NCBI RefSeq assembly: GCF_963676685.1
Contig: NC_092345.1
Location: 96,906,001-96,970,000, forward strand
Source of the DNA: Mytilus edulis
Taxonomy: Eukaryota
Length of the DNA: 64,000 nt
Direction of reading: 5' to 3'
A program made the translations under genes and the position numbers. The notes under the pieces were generated by a model. The model had not been told where the DNA came from and searched no databases. It saw nothing but the letters and a program-made list of their open reading frames with translations. Below, in pieces: positions 52,116 through 64,000 of the stretch (positions are counted from its first letter, which is position 1; the number at the start of each line of letters is the position of its first letter).

Positions 52116-52637
52116 CTGTAATAGAAATTAAATCATTATTTCAAAATGTTTTTGATTCTATAATTTAGTGATATCTAATATTTACATTATTTTAGATATA
52201 TATAGATTATTACATTGATACAAGTGGATTATCCCTTGGCGAGGACTTTAAAATGTATAATTTAGCTATCGAGATTGGATATATCCGATAACCCACCCGT
52301 TACTATGTAATAATAAAGGGATATTTTTCCATAGAATTAGAGAAATAGGTATTATACAATTAAATTTGGAAGTGACTTAATCCATTTCTTTTCTTTTTTG
52401 TGGAAATTGTTCTACATGCTAAAACATTTGAAATCACTGAAACAAGAAGTTGGTGAAATTTAAAAGAAAATTATTCAAACCTAACATGTCTGGGAATAGC
52501 AGTATATTGTCCATATTCGGCCAAACAATTTGATAGTACAAATGCAAAATTCCAGTACATAGTCTAAAATTTGCCCTAACTTCACTTCAATAAAAAGGTT
52601 TTAAGAAAATATAAACAAATTTACCATTTGACAAGTT

Positions 52638-52781
52638 ATCATGGCTACAAACAATAGACATTTTGTAATATTTATCATGGCTACAAACAATAGACATTTT
52701 GTAATATTTATCATGGCTACAAACAATAGACATTTTGTAATATTTATCATGGCTACAAACAATAGACATTTTGTAATATTT
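52638..52781. repeat. 36-bp tandem repeat x4
   Basis: Unit atcatggctacaaacaatagacattttgtaatattt. Confidence 0.95.
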
Positions 52782-53268
52782 CTTGATTTTTTTCCTAGTT
52801 TTGTATCAGTTTTTATGTATAACTTAGATTTGTTATGTATAATGCACACACAAGAAAAACAACTTTTATTTGGTGCAATTTTGTAAATATCTATAAGAGA
52901 CAATGTCTTAAATTGTTGTCTCTTTGCTGTGCAAGAAGTTTCAACAAAGGATTTATAGATAGTAAACTGCATGAATACAACACTGTTCTTCATTTCTTGT
53001 TTAAAAATTGCACAAGACAACCCTTTTTTAATGTCATAACTATGAAAGTTTTACATGATTCATTTATATTTCTTATATCATCTGCAAAACTATGTAGTTC
53101 TCATAAACTGCATTTTCTAAGACTAAACACGGGCCTTAATGCACTATAAAATGCGTAAAATGCATCAGAATGAAGTTGAAGTAAGTATATCTTAAACAAA
53201 TTGACATAAGTTACAAATAATTTTCTCAAATTCATCAACATATTTTTTGTATAGAAAATTTAACTTAC

Positions 53269-53373
53269 TTTTTGTGAAGGGAGACATGTACCAAAGGCCT
53301 CTATCAATAATGGTTCCTCTTTCACTGATGTGGTGAAATCTGTTAATGAAACTCTGCCATCATGGTCACGATC
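53269..53373 (-). CDS. EFCAB1: EFCAB1 exon 6 (EF-hand DRDHDGRVSLTD, LLIEAFGTCLP)
   Basis: Matches the calaxin C-terminal pattern; AG/GT in phase. Confidence 0.9.
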
Positions 53374-53724
53374 CTGTCAAGAAAATACAATATCGTAACA
53401 TTTCAACACTCATTTAAAAAAAATCATTTGTATGTTAAATATACACATGTATTATGATTTTGTAATAAGACTATGTATCTAAGAACAGTGAGTCTTAACA
53501 TTAACTTTATAAAAGATCCATTTATATCAGAACAGCTAAAATATTTATTTTCAAAGCAAAGCAGTATAATTTTAGGAATTAAAAATTGAAATAAGATAGT
53601 TAACTAAAACAAAAAGGATTGAAAATATTATTGAGTCTCCAGAATTCAAAACTTATTATAAACATTACATATATAAAATTTAATTGGGAACAACCTTGAC
53701 ACTATTATACCAACTGTAGCTTAC

Positions 53725-53790
53725 CAATTTCTTGAGAATCAATTCTACTAATTCTTTAATACTTTCATCTGAATCTTCATCATGTGTTTG
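53725..53790 (-). CDS. EFCAB1: EFCAB1 exon 5 (QTHDEDSDESIKELVELILKKL)
   Basis: Resembles the calaxin DPDEGIKDLVEITLKKM segment; ttttcag| and |gtaagc. Confidence 0.9.
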
Positions 53791-53984
53791 CTGAAAAAAG
53801 AATTATCACATGTATTAATTTTTACCATAACTCTAAAAACCAACATTAAGGGTAAAATAGGAGTAGCGACTTAATAATAAACAAATGACAGACCTAACAG
53901 AAACTGATTAATACTTTCACCTATCATGATTGAATTTCATACCAGTCACTGAATATTTAAAGTTTTTCTCATAGTATCTGGGAT

Positions 53985-54170
53985 AAATAAACTCATCATA
54001 GATACCAGGATTAAATTTTGTATATATATGCCAGACACAGGTTTCGTCTACAAAAGACTCATCAGTGACACTCGAACCCAAAAAAGTTAAAAAGGCCAAA
54101 TAAAGTATGAAGTTGAAGAGCATTGAGGACCAAAATTCCTGAAAGTTTTGCCAAATACAGCTAAGGTAAT
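53985..54170 (-). mobile_element. Retrozyme/PLE-derived repeat fragment carrying a hammerhead
   Basis: Surrounds the hammerhead at 54029-54070; boundaries approximate. Confidence 0.55.
54029..54070 (-). ncRNA. Minimal type I hammerhead ribozyme, intronic, sense to EFCAB1
   Basis: Minus strand reads tgtca-CTGATGA-gtct.tttgt.agac-GAAA-cctgtg-TC-tggca: complete core, GUC triplet, stems I and II pair. Confidence 0.82.
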
Positions 54171-54908
54171 TTTTTCATGAGAAACAGACCTTATCATGAA
54201 AATTGAACATTGACCAAAAACCATAAAAATGAGTCCAAGCCAAAGGCCAGATGAACCCTGCCAAACAACATGAACATAATGTAATCTTTCCATATACTGA
54301 ATATGGTTGGCCTATTGGTTATAGTATATGAGAAATGAAAATAACCATGACAACTTTACATTGACTTATAAACAAGGAGATATTGTGTTAAAGGTCAGAT
54401 GAACCCTGACAGACAGACATACAAAGGTAAGGTAATCTCAAATGGATGTCTGAGTAAATTACCTTTGAGATATAGATTTTAAGAGAAAAAAAATTGTATT
54501 TCTAAAATGGGATTTTGCAGGAAATTCTGTTTTTTGCATACTGACTATGTGATATGGGCTTCCCTCATTGTTGAAAGCTGTATGGTGACCTATAGTTGTT
54601 AATTTCTGTGTAATTTAGTCTCTTGTGGAGAGTTGTCTCATTGACAATTATACCACTTCTTCTTTCATACACAAATTAACTAAATAGTTTTTAAATCTTT
54701 ATTAGCACTTTAAAACATCACAAACTGTTATGCTAAGTCATATTTAAAGAATAGATACATGTCCAACATCACTTCACATAGTCATAGATTTTTGTTTACA
54801 TTGCATTTATGCAATGTATGTATGGTGTTTCTCACATGGAGGGGCAAATTATGAATATTGCCACAGCTCTGCCTTACTTCAAACTACTAGTCCTTTGTCT
54901 AAACTAAC

Positions 54909-54994
54909 CTTAACTAAGCTGTATTTCAGAAGCTGGAACATTTCTTCTCTTGATATGTATCCATCTCCATTTAAATCATACACCATAAAACAAA
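54909..54994 (-). CDS. EFCAB1: EFCAB1 exon 4 (EF-hand [13 protein letters not shown])
   Basis: Canonical EF loop; AG/GT in phase. Confidence 0.92.
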
Positions 54995-55831
54995 CTGTAA
55001 ATACATTAAAATTTGTGTAATCTACAACTATGAGTGGTAAAAATTTGTCTTAAATTGAGTAATGAAACACAAAATTGTAATTGTTTATTTAAACTATTCT
55101 AACAGACAATCAAGCCATATATGTGGAGAATGGCTTACAATTCCGGAAACATTTTTACATTCTTTTAAACCAATTATTATACAGTTAAGAGCTTAGTCTG
55201 TACCTGAGTGTTAATATGTGAACAAACTTGTTCATGTGTCTGTCCTAATTCAGGAATATCATCAAGGTTGTCTTTTGTTATATCCCATGTCCTATTGAAT
55301 TAATACTTTTTCATTTAGAAATATGGTATTGATCAATTTTTTATTTTCTCTTAAAATTGGTCATTTTATTTGTAGACAATTTATAGCAATGACATTGTTG
55401 TTGATTGTTGACCTCATGATATTTCCTTATTATTTGAAACATTAAGTTGCTTTTTTTCATATTCCATTTCATGAAATATTTGTTGAAAAAGACCGAACCA
55501 TGTCTTTTTTTATACAGATTAGACTGTTGTTTTCCCTGTTTGAATGGTTTTACACAAGTAATTTTCCGGCCCTTTATAGCTTGCTATTCGTTGTGAGCCA
55601 GGGTTCCGTGTTGAAGACCGTACTTTTACTTAAAATGGATTACTTTTACAAATTGAGACTTGGATGGAGAGTTGTCTCATTGGCACTCATACCACATCTT
55701 CCTATAACTATTAAAGTAAAAACATATCGTTATGTAAGAATAATGAATTACTTTCATAACAAAGTTTACAGACAGATCTGTGGCTGCTATATTCATGCCA
55801 TGACAGATTGAACAGACAAATGTTAACTCAC

Positions 55832-55939
55832 ATTTTATGACAGATTCAGGTTCTGACTGATCAATAAAGGTAGATAATCCTGTCACCCACTCTTCCTGGC
55901 TGATATAATTATCACTGTCTTGATCAAAAGCTCTGAAAA
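55832..55939 (-). CDS. EFCAB1: EFCAB1 exon 3 (VFRAFDQDSDNYISQEEWVTGLSTF)
   Basis: EF-hand; tttag| acceptor and |gtgagt donor. Confidence 0.92.
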
Positions 55940-56002
55940 CTAAATATTTGTACAGATAAGTGTGATTTTCTTACACATCATTATACATCTTAATATGCTT
56001 AA

Positions 56003-56565
56003 GGGGGCTTGCGGGTCTAAATCAAATTGTTTTCCTAATATAGGATTTCTCTATATTTTTTCATAAATGAACTTTAACATATACTTATAGAAAAATGAAA
56101 TAAAAAAATGGGATCACCGTTCATTTAAGCTCACAATCTGCCTCCGAAAGAAGCATACGTTTTTGTTAATGTTCTTTTTTTCTGTTGAACTAATAGGATA
56201 AATAAAGGTAATATCGAAATAAAAAAAGAACTAAATTACAGGAATCGCTTAAATTTTACAATTATATAGTTTAATATGTAAGGCTTTTTTGAAAACAATA
56301 ATAAAAAGTATAGGTCACCGATGAGTTAAAGAAGATACTTCAATTTTAATGCCAAAAAATGGCATTTTTGCACCAAAGGGAGATAATTTGGAGCTTTTTC
56401 AATGATAAAAACATTTTAAAAGTCATCTGGGGCCAAACCGAATCGATTTTTATAGTTGATTTTTGTACCATATTATAAAGTAATAACTAATAGTGTAATA
56501 AAAAAATTTGTAATGAAAAAAAACATGTTTAATTTTTGCCGAAATTTTTGTACCCGCGAGCCTTC
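56003..56565. mobile_element. TTAA-flanked non-autonomous DNA transposon (Kolobok-like)
   Basis: TTAA|GGGGGCTTGCGGGT ... ACCCGCGAGCCTTC|TTAA; purine-purine start. Confidence 0.7.
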
Positions 56566-58044
56566 TTAAGAGAAAATAAGTAAAAGTACTGAGAAGAACA
56601 CTTTAATGGTAAAGATGGGAGATAACTCTTATAATTTTTTCTCGTTTTCAATGTTATAACATGACAAACATGTATTCATCCAAAATAAGCACAATATTAG
56701 TGCTGTTCCTTTGCTTTATGTGCTTTTAATGTGCATGTACTGATTTTGTGTCATGGATGGCCACACCATATCCTTTGTTTTTTTCTATTAATTACATCTT
56801 TCAAATTCAAGTCTAAACTAAGGCAGCAATACCACTGAATATAATACATTTAATTCAAAATGGTCATTATATATTATATGCATAATGATACCTGGCAGAC
56901 TTTTAATACATTATAAAAAAAATATTGATACCAGGCTAAATCAAAATATTGTTTATTTGCAGTATACTGAAAATCCACTTGACTGGGAAAATTTTATTGG
57001 TTTTAATTTGAAGAATTTATTTTAATACTTTTCTTGACACGATTCGAAACATAGGGGTATAATAATTGATTGAATCAAGTTTGATGAAATCATGGATGAT
57101 GATACAGCAGATATTCATAAAACCCCTTTTCAACTTTGTCTTAAAAAATGAATTACAGATTGTTTAAAGACAGACGTAAGGGAACCAGTATCAGTGGATA
57201 AACAATTTGACAGGCTGCAATATTTTCTATAAATCACTGTGAACACAATAATGAAGAAACGATACATGTACAGAGGAAGGACACACTTGAAATGGTAATG
57301 GATAGACAATGACAAATCAATCAGCCATCAAAACTACATAAAGATGTTGAGAAAATGAATTGTAAGCATGAAAAATATACCTCTCTACTTTAAATCTGTC
57401 TCCGCTTGCAATGATTATGATCCTTTAGAATAAGAGGGAGGGCTGCCCCACTCAGTGCAATTTTTCTCTCTAGATATAGACTCTTACAATATTAAGTATT
57501 TTTTCAAACTGTGTGGCCTAATTCTAATATGAATTCCTCAAGAGCTATGCTGCAAATTTTTTTATGCAGTCAAAACATTTCAGTACTGACCATTTACTTT
57601 TAAAGAGGGCCATAGATTTAATCCAGAAGTCTAAGTATTTTTTTGGTTTTCAATGAAGCCTGGCATCAACGTATCTTTCAAAATATAACCTTATTGCATA
57701 TAAATCCTGGATCTATATTTTTTTCAATCTTCCCCTGCATCCCTTTTTTTTTTGCACTTCTTTTCTATTCTATAGTTAAATTGCTAGTCCCCTTAGTACA
57801 ACTCCAGAATAAGGAACATTACATAGATATCAGGCAAGGTAAAGGGGTGTGGTTCAATGGGAACCTATATAAAAACTAAATAACTATAACCCCACCATCT
57901 GACATTGTGAATGTTTCTTTCAACAATTCTTTTTTTCACCAGAAACTTGGATTGTCTAACTGCTTGTTTACAGTTTATTTTGGCTGATAAAATAAAATAC
58001 TGAAAAACTTAATTGTGTAAGGCTACACTTGTCATACATTATAC

Positions 58045-58191
58045 CTCTATCCAACAGAATATCATCAGTCATTTCAAAGTGTTGATGGAGTAAGTCTCGG
58101 AACTTGGATCTGTCAATTTTATATGATGGAGGAGAATTTTTCACCAGTTCTTGGTACATGTAAATCAATTTCTCAATCTCATGCTTCTTAA
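58045..58191 (-). CDS. EFCAB1: EFCAB1 exon 2 (DRSKFRDLLHQHFEMTDDILLDR)
   Basis: Matches the calaxin DRxxFRxxLHxxFxMTDDxxxDR motif; phase 1/1. Confidence 0.92.
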
Positions 58192-59618
58192 CTGAAAAGA
58201 AATGCATACTTTTAAATGATGTAAAAAGTGGATGAATTAATAATTTTTTAATAATGTCATTATAAAAAAGTAAAATCAGATAGCCCTCGAGTTACACTAC
58301 AAGCATACTCCTTTCTGTTGAGTTTGTTATGGTAGACTACCATACATGATTCATATTAATGATTGAATTATCTGGTCGTGTCCAACTGAAATTTTTCTTT
58401 CTACTTATATGGACACTTGTTTTACCTTTTAAGCATGACCACAAACCAAAATTACAAGTTTGATTTTACTGTTGCAAAAATCCCTTTACCTATATCTAGC
58501 TACATGTCACTAGGCCACGCATAACCCTTTACTCCATGAAATTCTTTTTTTTACACACTTGATTCGTATAGGATTTTTTCAATGAAAAATAATCATCATG
58601 TTTAAAGCATTATTATTAATGCATTGCGAAAACAAATTTTTCATCAATGAAATTCCAGTCAGATGTTCTCATGAATATCCTTTTTATATTAGTTACATTT
58701 TTTTTTAAGTCTGATGAAGTTTTATCCTAGGTAATACGTTTCAACTGAGGCACTACACAGGCGTCGAAAGGCGTCATTATGGAGTAAAGGGGGTGGCGTC
58801 AATTAAAGGAAAGGGTTAAAATACAATACAGTTTTAGAAATAAAATGTAAATGCCTACTTAAAGAATAAAATTTGGTGAATATAGGGAAAATTGAGTCTA
58901 GTAAACTTTAATTTGTCTATGATTTTTCTGTTTCCTTGTCTTCTTTTCTCTATATTCAAAGCAGCAATTGATTCAGATTGTTCTAATTGAAGTAATTCAT
59001 CATGTTCATGATCAGTTTAATCACACTCTCCCATTTAGAGACTGTTTATTAATTGAGAAAAACTGTTCACTTACTATATAAATATTTAGAAAACTTCTGA
59101 TCAATCATCAATTTATTCACTAATTATGACAATCCAACATTTAGTTTACCTGATCCAATGAAATTTTACGATTAAACAAGAAGCAGGTATGCATACACTA
59201 TCAAATACCAATTTATCGTAGTCACTGCAATCCCCGACTTAAAAACATGAAATCCAGAGGTTTTGAATTTAAAGAAATTTAAATCCCGCCATCTGAAATT
59301 TGATAAAATTCCAGATTCTGAAAGGATCAATCCCGAGCTTAAAAAAAACCTGAGCCCGGAGTCCCAATAAAGGTCCTTCCCCCCTCAGATGTGATGGCCA
59401 AATAGCGCTAAGGTGTGTAGACTAATTAGTGGTGCTGGTTGGTAAATAAAGAGTAAGGCAACAAGAGGAACAAGTTAGCGGGAAGTGGGGCGAGTTGGTA
59501 TGGAATAGGCGATTTTGCTATGGGTAGAGTTATCTTTCTTCCCAAGTTCCTCTGGAAATTATAAATAGTGAGCCAATAAAGGTATTTACAACAAAAATTG
59601 AATCATAGAATGACATAC

Positions 59619-59694
59619 AATTACAAGTGTGCTTCTTTGTAAGTTTTTCTATCAGCTTTGTTTGTTCTTGACGCTTGCTGTTGTGGTGAGACAT
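59619..59694 (-). CDS. EFCAB1: EFCAB1 exon 1 (MSHHNSKRQEQTKLIEKLTKKHTCN)
   Basis: gaaATG start; phase-1 donor gtatgt (an alternative in-phase gtaatt lies 6 nt upstream). Confidence 0.75.
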
Positions 59695-59959
59695 TTCTAT
59701 CGATGAATATTTTCCTACGAGGAAAGGTGAAAGTGATTTTTGGCGTTATGTTGTCAAGCACTTTACACATGCGCACTCCTTATTTCGTCTGCGGGTCTAC
59801 TTTCCAAAATAAATAATAATTTATCTGCATAAACTCGTTTTACTTTTAGAATATATATAAAAAATATTTAAAATTTAAATACACCATTTTTGATAAAATG
59901 TTACTAAGTTTAAAATATTGACCAATAGTTAAACTGCAACAGCAATAGAAATTTGCAGC
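59695..59959. promoter_or_regulatory. EFCAB1 promoter, possibly bidirectional
   Basis: 265 bp between divergent ATGs; X-box-like GTTGTCAAGCAC and NRF1-like CATGCGCA. Confidence 0.4.
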
Positions 59960-60166
59960 ATGGCGGATGCTGATTCTCTGTATGACATGAGCTCAGATCA
60001 AGAGCAAGATCTGAGCGCTGCAGATGCAGATGCTGAAGAAGACGAAGCGTCTGAACAAGGGTACATTACTAATGTAACAGGCGAACTCCCAAATATAAAT
60101 GATTTATCGAAGATATCTTGGTTGCAACCTGAAAACTTGATAGACCCTACACCAAAAATATTTTAA
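59960..60166 (+). CDS. Acidic ORF: possible first exon of an unidentified gene, or a transposase N-terminal relic
   Basis: agcATGGCG context and coding-like composition; no downstream exons identified. Confidence 0.35.
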   Translation: MADADSLYDMSSDQEQDLSAADADAEEDEASEQGYITNVTGELPNINDLSKISWLQPENLIDPTPKIF

Positions 60167-60341
60167 AAAAAATTCCCTTCGGAAATATTTATTGTTCTTC
60201 CGGCCTAAAGTGAAATAAAATATTTACCATGTTAACGTATTGTGACCAATTACTGACACATTTATCTCCTCTTCTGATCTTTGCAAAGACGACAATTATT
60301 ATGCAAGAAAAAGTAATAACTTGCTAAGATCAGATAAATAG

Positions 60342-62353
60342 GGTATCCGGTCGTTCCGGCCCCAAGTCAATCCGGCCCAAAGTCGATCCGGCCCACGTCG
60401 ATCCGGCCCAAAGTCGATCCGGCCCCATTATGATATATGAATTAATTATATAATTCACTATATGGAGGAATTTGTCACAAATTTGAACAGTATAAACGGA
60501 ATTTGCAAAAAGTGTCGATGATGGACAACAACAAATAAGTGAAGTATTGGAGTACCAGTTAAAGAAATATTTTTAAATCGATACGAAACTGAGTGTTATT
60601 GTGTCTGTGTGTATAGCACCTTAAACATATTTTTAAATGTGAAGATATTTTCCATGTTGACTTTGAATGTCATGGCGATTTTATTTTATTTACTTCTCAC
60701 ACAGAGTAGCTAAATAAATATTTACAGTCCAATATGGAACCGTTAAAATTTAACTCATCATAATGACTTGTTTAACCAAATCATTAGTCTATAATTGGTT
60801 TGTTTATTCAATGATTGTCTGATGATTGTGAACTAAGGGGCATAGGACATTTGAGCGAAAAAGAAAAAAGCACATAGGGTCATTTGAGCGCCGACTTCAT
60901 AGGACATTTGAGCGCCGGGATATTAACCTTACCTGAGTTTTCAGACAGGACATTTGAGCGAAATTTTCCCTGATAATTTTACACGAATTAAGATTTTTTT
61001 TTAAAAGTAAGAAAAAAAAGTAAGATTTAGTTATAAATATTTTTTATTTTATTTCACACCCGAGTAATTCGACCGGTTCTGGCTGGTTTATGTAAGTGAA
61101 ATCCTAAGTTGATCTCTATTTACCAATCAATTCTACTATAATTCATTGGCTATGCAAATTTTCTTTGTTCTAAAATTCTTATATATATATCTAAGAAAAA
61201 ATCCAGAAAGTTGGACTTAGTCAACAATACAAAGAGCTTGATTCAGACATTAGTAAATGGCTTAAAGGGATTTTTGGGATAGCCTTTTTAGCTCCAGACG
61301 AAGTAGCCGACTGTTTCGTAGAAGATTTTATGGCCGTTGTACCTAACGACAAGCCTTGTATAGAATTTGCAGATTACCTGACTGATACTTATATAACAGA
61401 TGAATCGTGTGGTATGATTGCCAATAAGACAATTCTCTATCCAAGACTTGTTTTCGCTCAAATGTCCTACGCTTATTCTTATTTTCGCTCAAATGACCTA
61501 AAATTTAGGCGCTCAAATGTCCTATACTTTGGCGCTCAAACGTCCTTTTTTTTTCGCTCAAATGTCCTGTCAATGCGCTCAAATGTCCATTGCCGGAACT
61601 AAGGTAATGCCACTGGTAATCACTTAATTCAATCAAAGCCTGATTAATTAAAAATACGTAATCAACAAGGTCTTTATAGTTTGATATTTAATTTGTTTGG
61701 TATAAATAATAAGTATAATAATTATATATTTTTTTCAGATAACATCAGAGGCTTCTATAACATTTTTTTTTGTAATATCGAATATTTATAGTCAATATAT
61801 TTTTCTTAAAGTTGACAATATTTTGAATAGTTGTGTGTAGATAAATAAAAACAAGTTATATGAGTATCCATTATATGCTTTATTGCAAGAAAATAACATG
61901 ACATTAAATGCACAGGATTCGGCAAATCAAACAACATTTTAGAAATTTAAAGAAATTAAAAGAAAAACAAAGTTTGTATGTATCAGCTTGGGGATAGGCT
62001 TGTGCCGTTGTGTATGTAACTATTTGTTATATACATTTTAATATAATTATACAATAATCTTGAAAACTTGTAATAAAAACATAATCAACCTAGCTGTTTT
62101 ATACTCATCTAAAGAAAATATTTTTCAAAGGCCTTTTTTATTTTTTTTTAACGTACACCTTTTACATTATAATAAAAATCATAAACATTTATGAATTACA
62201 ATTAATATATATCTTTATTTTTATTCCTTATAAACATATTTTTTATTGGGGCCGGATCGACTTTACATATGGGCCGGATCGACGTGGGGCCGGATCGACG
62301 TGGGACGGATCGACTTGGGCCAGATCGACGTGGGGCCGGATCGACCCGAAAGC
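60342..62353. mobile_element. MULE-type non-autonomous element with 9-bp TSD
   Basis: gataaatag on both flanks; inverted arrays of gtcgatccggccc at both ends. Confidence 0.8.
60839..61595 (+). mobile_element. Nested MULE-type element with transposase relic
   Basis: gaactaagg on both flanks; ggacatttgagcg / cgctcaaatgtcc subterminal arrays; internal KIQKVGL..YK..WLKGIFGIAFL.PDEV.DCF...FADYL.DTYI (~61195-61405). Confidence 0.8.
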
Positions 62354-62624
62354 GATAAATAGATGAGCTGCCTAAAAAAAATTCTAGCAAGTTTGTGATT
62401 TTCCATTGTAGTCACCTGCAACTAAATATGTTAAGTACAGTTGCCACCTATAAGTATAATTAAAGTACAAGTGAGTTGTTTACCAGAGTGAAAATTGTAC
62501 ACGCAAGACTTTGATATTTACAAGGGAGACCATACAGTGTCAACAGCGATACATACAGAATACAAAATACCTCCACAAATAGTGCTCTTCACGGGTAGTT
62601 CGGCCATAATGGATAGGGGCAGAC

Positions 62625-63190
62625 TTTTGGGGAAAGATGGCTTCAAGCCGTCAATTCCCTATGTGGTTGGCCAGTGTGTCAAGCCCTCACGTCAATCATT
62701 TTGTCTTTATAGTTTGGAAAACCCCCAAAAAATCTTACTGACATTGATGAGAAGGAGACACACATATGGGTCAAGATGCGTATTAGTTCCTCCATAGGCC
62801 GTAATGGCAACGTTTTCTTCTGTTGCTCAGTCCATATCGTTAACATTTAACCCTTTCAACGCTATACACGGCATATGCCACGATGACATACGCTGTGCGC
62901 CACTGCTAATCAAGGCATATGCCTTGATGACAACGGATTTTTCATAAGGACTCTTAAACCATTCGGTTTTCATTCAGGTCCTCTCTAATTTTTCCTTGTA
63001 TGAATCGAGGATATACAAGGTCTCATTTGCGCTTGAAATCCTGGCAATTTATTGGGAAGACGGCTTCAAGCCGTCAATCCCCTATGGGGTTGACCATAGT
63101 GACATTCCCTCACATCATTTATTTTGTTTTTATAGTGTGGAAAACCCCTCAACAAATCTTACTAAGATTGAAGAGAAGGAGACCCAGAAA
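62625..63190. repeat. Diverged ~140-bp direct repeat pair (62625-62765 / 63050-63190)
   Basis: ggcttcaagccgtcaat...ggaaaacccc...aatcttact occurs twice. Confidence 0.7.
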
Positions 63191-64000
63191 TGAATAGTTT
63201 GACTTTAAACACTTTTTTACACATTTCCCTTCTATTTACTCCATGATGAATTCTTAACATTCTTTGTATGTAGTCTATCAAAAGATACACCCCTCCCCAA
63301 AAAAATAGAATCAATGGCCGTCTTTCCCCTCAGAACTCTTCTGACAGCTCTTTGATTTTTAAAGAGGTGGAAATAGTATGAAAGTATGGGAAATCCTATG
63401 CATGTTTAAAAGCAACTGCGCTGTTTCAATGTCCGATGTTTTCCTGTATTTTTCACACCATTTTTACTTCCATTATGAAAATCTTCCCCCTATTCAATAT
63501 GGCCAAACTAACCGCAAAGAGCCCTGTTTATTCATTGACAAGGAATCAGGTCATTCCGTCCCCAAGACTGAAGTCAATTAGACCTGAGTCATTCATGCCC
63601 CTCATTGATATGACTAAATATTTTACATTACTTACGCAACATCAATTATATCTTGATGTACATATGTAGATCTTAACGTATGTATCCTTAATAATAGAAC
63701 ATATGCTATAGATCCAGGATCTCCTGTAGTAGATGATTGCAATACTGGTAGTCTTGTATACCCCTCTAACAGATTGATATCATTGAAGCAATGTTCCCTT
63801 GAAAAATTCATCTTGCAGAGTTAAATACATACGTGTATATATGTATTGTGAATGTTTAAAAATATTCCAATATGATGGCTTGAAAAAGATAAGCTAAGTT
63901 AAAAAATATTTACATTTTAGTAGATTAGATGTAGCATCCAGGAAGAAACACAAAAAATATTTAAAAAAAAGAAAGCATAAGGATATAGAAAGATCAAGTG

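Overview
AT-rich, repeat-dense eukaryotic genomic DNA. The repeat landscape suggests a bivalve mollusc, probably Mytilus (inference). Two spliced host genes lie on the minus strand: DDX11/ChlR1 Fe-S helicase (4 coding exons, ~955 aa, 33386-45325) and EFCAB1/calaxin (7 exons, 213 aa, 52062-59694). A short acidic plus-strand ORF starts head-to-head with EFCAB1 at 59960. The most striking region is 7242-15102, where a pair of 27-bp inverted repeats encloses a Sola2-like DDD transposase joined directly to a co-oriented Penelope-like retroelement. That retroelement has a basic ORF1 apparently linked to RT by a U_UUU_UUA -1 frameshift site, a GIY-YIG endonuclease, a minimal hammerhead ribozyme in its 3' region and a (TA)n target. 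A second hammerhead lies in sense orientation in an EFCAB1 intron. The remainder comprises a 5'-truncated CR1/L2-type LINE, Helentron/HINE-like elements, Harbinger-, hAT5-, MULE- and Kolobok-like MITEs (often nested), SINE fragments and many minisatellites. Family assignments rest on motif recognition by eye, not database searches.
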